The translations under genes and the position numbers were made by a program. A DNA stretch of 64,000 bases, taken from assembly GCA_000091205.1 (NCBI GenBank), contig AP006492.2. One strand, written 5' to 3'. The DNA is from Cyanidioschyzon merolae (lineage: Eukaryota). Positions 58,442 to 64,000 of this stretch are shown piece after piece; position 1 is the stretch's first letter; each line of letters starts with the position of its first letter. The notes beneath the pieces are model-generated. The model did no database searches and was not told where the DNA came from. It saw only the letters and a list, made by a program, of their open reading frames with translations.

Positions 58442-60139
58442 TCAGTGCCATCCCTTGTTGTCGCCTACGCTGGACGTGTACTTGATCCAGCGCATGGCCT
58501 CATGGTCGTCGGCGGTGAGCGCGATGTGTCCATAGACCCAGGCGCGGAAGTACCAGAAGCACCAGAAGACAACGATCCAGACGATACCGGCGAGCGGCAG
58601 CTGCAGCACCGACGGTAGCGCCGGCAGATCGAGTACCGCGTGCGCAAAAAGCAGCTCCGCGAACAACAGCGACGGCAGGTAGTGGTAGATAAACGTACTT
58701 CGCTGGATCGGCATGTACGGGAGAATGCCGAGCGCATAGCCAAGCAGAAGGAATGTTGCCAGCCGCAGGTAGCGCTCCCATGCGTCCGTGCTCGTTCCAC
58801 GCTTTTTCCGCTGGCGAATCAGGCGCAGCAAGAACGGCATCGCCGCCACTGTACCAAGCACCGCTGCCAAGCACATCCAGAACAGCAGCGGATTCCCGAT
58901 CAGATAGATCTGCATGGCGTGATGCGGGCGCAGCGGTCGCCCGTCAGCATCCAACGTACCCTCCTGCCAGCGATTCCAGTAGAGGAGGCCACGGCCTACG
59001 TAGGGCCATGTGTGCCAGCGCGCTTGCCACTGGTGCTCATCGAGGATTCGCGCGTTCGCCAGCAGCATCTCCTTGTTGAGCTGCCAGACGAGCTTGAGGA
59101 AAGGCGGCTTTCGGGCCTGCGGGTCGTAGCCGTCGCGACCAATGAGGGTCCGCTGGAACTCGGCGCTCATAAAGTCACCGCCTGGTCCATTATAGATCAG
59201 AATCCGAAAGTGCGGGTACCAGAGCGCCACGTACAAGAGCAGGGCTGTTGCGGCGACGATCGCGCAGGTGCTCCACTCGAGCGGCTCGGCGGCGAGCGCA
59301 GCGCCGGCAACCGACTCGAGGCCGAAGAGGCCGGGCACCACGAGCGTGGTCCACTTCACTGAGAGCGCTGCACCGCTCGCGAGGCCGGCGCGCACAGCAG
59401 CCCAGCGTCGAGCGCGGCTCGCTGGAGGCGTGCGCCACAGCCGCACGAACGCATCGATGCATAGCGCAGCGTAGAAGATGAGCTGCGAGTCCGTGAGGAT
59501 ATGGCGCGCCTCGATCAGGTTCAGCATGTCGAAGAGCAGAAACACGCCCACACTAGTGGCTGCGATCCGCGACATACCCATCCCGCGGGCGATGCGGAAG
59601 CCTAGCGGAGGCAGGAGCGCCCCGAAGACGCCAGCGCACGCGCGCATCGCATAGTACCGGCTGTCTGGTGGGTAGACCTTGTCGACGTACCAGTCGCGAT
59701 TCGGGACGTCACCAGCGAGTTTCGCGACTGCGGCCAGCGTGAGCTTCGCCAGAGGCGGGTGGATATCAAAGAAGTAGGTGCGGTTGAGGTAGTGGTGTGC
59801 GAACGACGCAAAGTGAACCTCATCGAAGACGCATTCGGGTGGCCAGCGGATCCGGTAGAGGCGCGTCCACAGTCCAAGCAGCACGAGCGCACCCGTGAGC
59901 CAGGCGTCCGGGTTCGCGCGTACGTGCGCAGTCGAGCGCAGCACTAGTCGTTCGAGTGGTGATGCCTGTTGTTTCTGCGGGTCAGCGCCCGGGTGCTCAT
60001 GCTGTGGTGTGTCCTCTTTGGTGCGGCCCTGATGCATGACGTCCAAGTCTGCCGCCTGCACACGCTCAGTTGACGGCGACGAGGCGGGTAGCGAAGCGGC
60101 GGTGGCGTCCGCGGCTCTTCGCTTGACAGCAGGCGCCAT
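58442..60139 (-). CDS. Protein O-mannosyltransferase-like (GT39 / PMT family) without MIR domains
   Basis: ATG at 60139. N-terminal loop motif 'VFDEVHFASFAHHYLNRTYFFDIHPPLAKL' is the PMT hallmark ('VFDEVHFG.F...Y....YFFDVHPPLGKL'). Multi-TM body of ~565 aa, shorter than fungal/animal PMTs because no MIR repeat region is present. Confidence 0.6.
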   Translation of the reverse strand: MAPAVKRRAADATAASLPASSPSTERVQAADLDVMHQGRTKEDTPQHEHPGADPQKQQASPLERLVLRSTAHVRANPDAWLTGALVLLGLWTRLYRIRWPPECVFDEVHFASFAHHYLNRTYFFDIHPPLAKLTLAAVAKLAGDVPNRDWYVDKVYPPDSRYYAMRACAGVFGALLPPLGFRIARGMGMSRIAATSVGVFLLFDMLNLIEARHILTDSQLIFYAALCIDAFVRLWRTPPASRARRWAAVRAGLASGAALSVKWTTLVVPGLFGLESVAGAALAAEPLEWSTCAIVAATALLLYVALWYPHFRILIYNGPGGDFMSAEFQRTLIGRDGYDPQARKPPFLKLVWQLNKEMLLANARILDEHQWQARWHTWPYVGRGLLYWNRWQEGTLDADGRPLRPHHAMQIYLIGNPLLFWMCLAAVLGTVAAMPFLLRLIRQRKKRGTSTDAWERYLRLATFLLLGYALGILPYMPIQRSTFIYHYLPSLLFAELLFAHAVLDLPALPSVLQLPLAGIVWIVVFWCFWYFRAWVYGHIALTADDHEAMRWIKYTSSVGDNKGWH

Positions 60140-60576
60140 TTTAGGTCCGTGGGAGTACGGCCGGCGCAGGAATCACCAAAGTGTCCCGCCTCGGGGGTCA
60201 CCAGGGGCAGCGGTTAGGCGTGTACAGTCGTCTGCGGACAGGCCGCTGTCAAAGGCAGGCGCTCGACGCTGCTGCTGCTGCTGCTCCGCGCTTGACTGAA
60301 GAACGTAAACTACTTGCCGAGTAGCTAGCTCTTTGAACGTTTGACGTGCTTTACAGTGCGTACGCTCCGACGGCGATCCCGCGCGTCCAGGGACAGGAGG
60401 TAATAGCTGTCTGGACCTGAATGCACTTCGAGTGCCGGGATCACGGACGAAGATGACCAGCTCGTTCTCGGCGGGTACGCACCGGCTCGTACACCAGCAA
60501 CTGCAGCGTTTCCCAAAATCCGGTCGTGTGCCTGGGCGTCGCTCCTGTTGCAACTGGTGCAGTGCTTTGGAACCGC

Positions 60577-60612
60577 TCGGCTACTGTTCGGCTACTGTTC
60601 GGCTACTGTTCG
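60577..60612 (+). repeat. 11-nt tandem repeat (CGGCTACTGTT)x3
   Basis: Sequence 'cggctactgttcggctactgttcggctactgttcgg', about 40 nt beyond the copy-D right end. Confidence 0.85.
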
Positions 60613-60649
60613 GAAACGTCTGGTGCTCACCGACGACGAGTCCGAGCTT

Positions 60650-63185
60650 CCAGGCCACCACCGCCTTTTACACTCGAACGACGCCGGCAGTGTACAGTAC
60701 TGGCGAGAAGCCCGCCCTAGCGAGAAGTCTCCCATTGCTATGCCGACGCCCCCCGTCTTTTTGGACCGGCCACCTACTCCTGCGTCCAATCTTGTCTCAT
60801 ATACTTCGACTTTGAGAGGTTGTCAAACAAAGTTCTCTCATGTCGACTCTGGAGGTACTTTCTCCAGCACCGCACTTCTTCTGAAATAGATGGCGGCATC
60901 AAAGGCACGATTTACATACCCCATCCGTTTCTTGCCCTCATTCGTTGTACTTGCCAATGCAAGTAGTTCAGGAACTCTCGCCCTTCTTTCCATTTGCAGT
61001 TCCGTCAGCGGTCCGTACTTTGCTAATTCCCCAGGGCTGCGCTGACACTTTTCCATCTCCACCCTCTGAAGTATACAGCCCAGCGCATGGTGTGTACACG
61101 ATGTTCGGAACTCTTCTACAGGGATTGTAAGAAAACGCCGTGCACACAAATTGTATGTCCTCGTCGACGAAGCTGGCGTAGTCCGCTTTTTTTGGAGCCC
61201 AGCTCCATGCCCCATAGGCTACCATGAGCCACTGACTCTCATTCTCCTGGAGGCGTTCAACGCATTGAAAAAGTTCGCGAATGAACGCTGCCTACCACAG
61301 TAAGGACTCATAGGTAGACTAGCCCACCGGGGCTTTTTTACTTCTTCTACAGTGAGTCGCAGTGGACAAAACGAACCTCCATGAATTCTCGAAAAGCCTG
61401 AGAGTCCGCTCGTCGGCTCGTCACCTCGCTAATTACTTTCAGATGCTCTTTCACTCCTGCATTTAAAGTATCAATTTTCTCCCTCGGATTCATGATTCCC
61501 GCTTCTCGGTAGTACCTCGATCTCGAGAACCTGAAAAAGACGCATGTCTTTCTGACGTAAGCTACATTCAGTAAAATCTTCCGAACGCTTGGGTACAGCG
61601 ATGGTAATGACGTCAGTATTCCAGGAGTAAAGGCCGACGACGAAGTCGTTCTCGTGTAGATGATACGTCCCGTGGCCTTTCGTCTTGTTTTCGTGCTTCG
61701 GCAAGGGCGGTAACGGAGACGGGATCGGACGAAGTGCCTGCAACCGCTGAAAGTGAACCAATATGTATACCCCATCGTCATCGATGGCCCCCGTGAATAC
61801 CTTCTTTTGGCCGGTATCGGACGCTTGCAATCGAAGTTATACTTCCAGTAGGTGTCCCGGTCTTCGCCAGTGACCTCTTTGTTGCTTCTATCGGGCACTG
61901 GATAAATCTCTTTCTTGAAGGCGTAAAGAAATCTAGAGTCGATATTCACAAAATGTGACTTGAACTCGCATAACCGGACGAAAAATAAACCGCAACAGGA
62001 AAAGGTCTTCAGTGTCATTTCTCCAGAAATTCATTATATCCATACTCAGCTCCATTTCGGCATTGCGTTCGAGTTCTAGGTTCCAAAGCATGTAGTAGGA
62101 CATAAAGAGGGGGTAACAAATCTCTTCGTCATTACTCATATCTGAAAATATTTCTCATGGGTTGACAAGCCCCAAGACCGAACGATGCGTTGAACTAGTG
62201 GCGCGGATAACAGAAGCGTCATTCGTTAACCAGCATGATGTGACCTTGTCGACGGATATGGTCTCCTGTTCATGCTGGCGATCGTTCCTGATAACATCGA
62301 TGATTGCCCGCATCCCTTCGCGAAGAAGGCCCGCGTAGAGCGCAAAGGGGGCGCCATTCATGGAAAAGACGACGGTTAAGATTTTTTGGTTCCTCGCGTT
62401 CGTGAGGAAACCAATTGCCCTGTATTCGTACATATCTGCGTCACCCCTGTGTCCAGCACCGTTGTCGCGGAATTTCTCGTAAATTTTGAGGTAGGCATCC
62501 GCCCGCTCTCTTCTCATTGATGCTTCCCTTTTCGGAGAAATCATGTGGTTGATAGAATTCTCTTTGAAAAACTATTCCGGAAATACCACTTTTGCGATGT
62601 GCGTTACGTCGCGATGCTGCTCGATCTGCAAATGCGTCACTCCTAAACAAGAGCTACAAACATTCCTGGAGTGCGAATCCACGCGGTTCCTGAAACCATC
62701 TCGGAACATTCAGTTGTACGGATCATTGATAAGTTGGAGACGACAGGATCACAAAACCATATAGTCGTACAGATGTCACTATTGCAGCCTTCGTCGTAGC
62801 GCCTCCCCATTTTGCTTCCTCTTCTTTTCCTAGTCCTCAGCAATAGCTACTATGTCTCGTTTGTTCCAAAACTAGGCAACCCAGGACATCCACAACCCAC
62901 AACCTCAAATTACAAAACTCTGACATTTTTTAAGTGAACAACATATCGGACGCTTCTGCCTTGAACGCGAACATCAGTACAATACACATACAGGAAGTTA
63001 GAAACGCCATTGAATCCAAAGCAATACTTTGATACAATTCGATCGCAAATGCAGGCGGCCCCGAAAGAGCAGTCGCTCCAGAACAGGTCAATACCGCGTT
63101 TCTCATGATCGGCAACACGAACGTAGAGTGAAGTAGCGGAGAGAGTTCGCAATGCGTTAGTAGGGCGCACGATATAGAAAGTACA
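60650..63185 (-). mobile_element. Fanzor/TnpB-like element, copy D (most degenerate)
   Basis: Right end carries the same post-stop hairpin block ('ggcgggcttctcgccagtactgtacac...'). Left end homology with A ('gaacgcttctgc', '...tctcatg.at') stops about 63185. Confidence 0.5.
60745..62760 (-). pseudogene. Fanzor1/TnpB-like nuclease ORF, copy D (catalytic motifs lost)
   Basis: Colinear with copy A from 'MVL*..LINDPYN*' (ATG at 62758-62760) to the C-terminal extension 'LKVEVYETRLDAGVGGRSKKTGG'. RuvC-I reads 'FVVGLYSWNTDVITIA' (Asp lost). RuvC-III reads 'NRAFDAAIYFRR' (Asp lost). Multiple stops and frame breaks. Confidence 0.5.
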
Positions 63186-63973
63186 AAAAAATAATATACA
63201 CAAACGGGATAGCAAGTACTAATGCCACCTACTGTAGACAGTAAAAGGAAGAAGTCCTTGCGTATAATCAAGCAGTGACATTTAGGCGGAGGGTCGGCAA
63301 GCAGCGAGACTGTACCAACCTCTGATAAGAGAGACAATACAGTAGCGAGTGATAAGACGCACCTTAGCATCTCCTCGGCAAAAGAAGAGATCCTGAACCA
63401 GGAGCGGGTATATTACGCTAAAGAGTCACCTAGATTGCGGTAGAGGAATGGTATAGCGCTTTACGCTATCGCAGGCAAAAGGTCTGCAAGAACAGCTTGA
63501 AGGCTCCCGAGAAAAAAATTGTCCTTGAACCTATGTTGCATGAAGCAAACCATTTCCAACGCGATCCGTGGTACGCCAGAGCTGCTCTCTTTCCAAAATG
63601 CATCCGCAGCAGCGACGGATACGCCACTGCGAATGCACATGGCAGGAACGCGACGCAGGATAGAAAATCTGAACCGATCAGCACAGCCGAGATAAAGTAA
63701 AAGCGAGGAAGGGAGAGAGACTGGTCAGCGGGATGGACGATTTCCCGAAAACAGTATCGATCCAGCAATTTCGCCGGTCTTACTAACGGGCAAGTCCGCC
63801 AGACCTAAAAAAGCATAGCGCCGGAGGTAATTCCCTAATGGCTCTGGTATGCTAGATGAAAAACATGACATATGCATAGGAGCTCATACAGTAACGCCGA
63901 AGGAAAATCCCTAATGAGTCTGGATTGATAGACGTCAAAAACAGAGACGCTTTCGCGATGGGATCATCGCTGT

Positions 63974-64000
63974 AATGGGGGGAATGGGGGGAATGGGGGG
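63974..64000 (+). repeat. (AATGGGGGG)n array running off the window end
   Basis: Sequence 'aatggggggaatggggggaatgggggg', three units visible before the window ends. Confidence 0.7.

Noticed and set aside
1-64000. tRNA or rRNA genes
   Set aside because: By eye I found no convincing tRNA cloverleaf candidates (no canonical T-loop 'GGTTCGAATCC' or D-loop 'TAGCTCAGTTGG' type strings) and no rRNA-like conserved blocks. A proper tRNAscan or Infernal run would be needed to be sure.
1-64000. Bacterial or viral origin of the window, given the TnpB-like ORFs and the split rhamnose genes
   Set aside because: Rpn13, the exosome RNase PH subunit, Mia40, the SURP splicing factor, p24/TMED, Nse3/MAGE, a LINE reverse transcriptase and a targeting presequence on PGK are eukaryotic nuclear features. 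The TnpB-like ORFs are therefore interpreted as Fanzor-type.

Overview
GC-rich (~58-60%), gene-dense, apparently intron-poor nuclear DNA from a eukaryote, called on protein content. The ORF-track 'starts' include non-ATG codons, so gene starts here are re-set to the first plausible ATG. Lineage is not resolved.

Housekeeping genes that can be supported: a plastid/cyanobacterial-type phosphoglycerate kinase with an ~80-aa Ser/Ala/Arg-rich presequence, a Mia40/CHCHD4 homolog, a p24/TMED cargo receptor, a FAHD1-like hydrolase, an exosome RNase-PH subunit, an Rpn13/ADRM1 proteasome receptor, a SURP-module splicing factor, an Nse3/MAGE-like protein and an FTR1 iron permease.

A glycan-related neighbourhood: an adjacent, non-fused UDP-glucose 4,6-dehydratase and 3,5-epimerase/4-reductase (UDP-L-rhamnose pathway), a PMT/GT39-like O-mannosyltransferase, a GT92-like glycosyltransferase, and a ~6.7 kb secreted/transmembrane Ser/Ala-rich mucin-like gene built from ~65 tandem repeats.

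The main unusual content is four ~2.5 kb copies (A-D, all on the minus strand) of an element encoding a ~630-aa Fanzor/TnpB-like (OMEGA-family) RuvC nuclease. It has a RuvC-I 'VVGLDPGSTN' motif, a Cys/His cluster and a terminal 'NRDFNAAINI' RuvC-III motif. Every copy carries stops and/or frame breaks, so none looks intact. The copies share a conserved 3' end: a synonymous-rich ~60-aa C-terminal extension plus an ~85-nt post-stop segment with a compensatory hairpin, which is a candidate omega-RNA / right end.

Three of the four copies sit within 0-100 bp upstream of a same-strand host start codon. Copies B and C are near-identical over ~2.15 kb although their left ends and flanks differ. Each abuts a fragment of the same non-LTR (LINE) retrotransposon family (RT plus zf-RVT, endonuclease domain missing). 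The two LINE fragments form ~1.3 kb inverted repeats around an 8.8 kb segment that contains the PGK gene, the exosome subunit gene and Fanzor copy C.

Several microsatellites/minisatellites are present, and the window ends in an (AATGGGGGG)n array.
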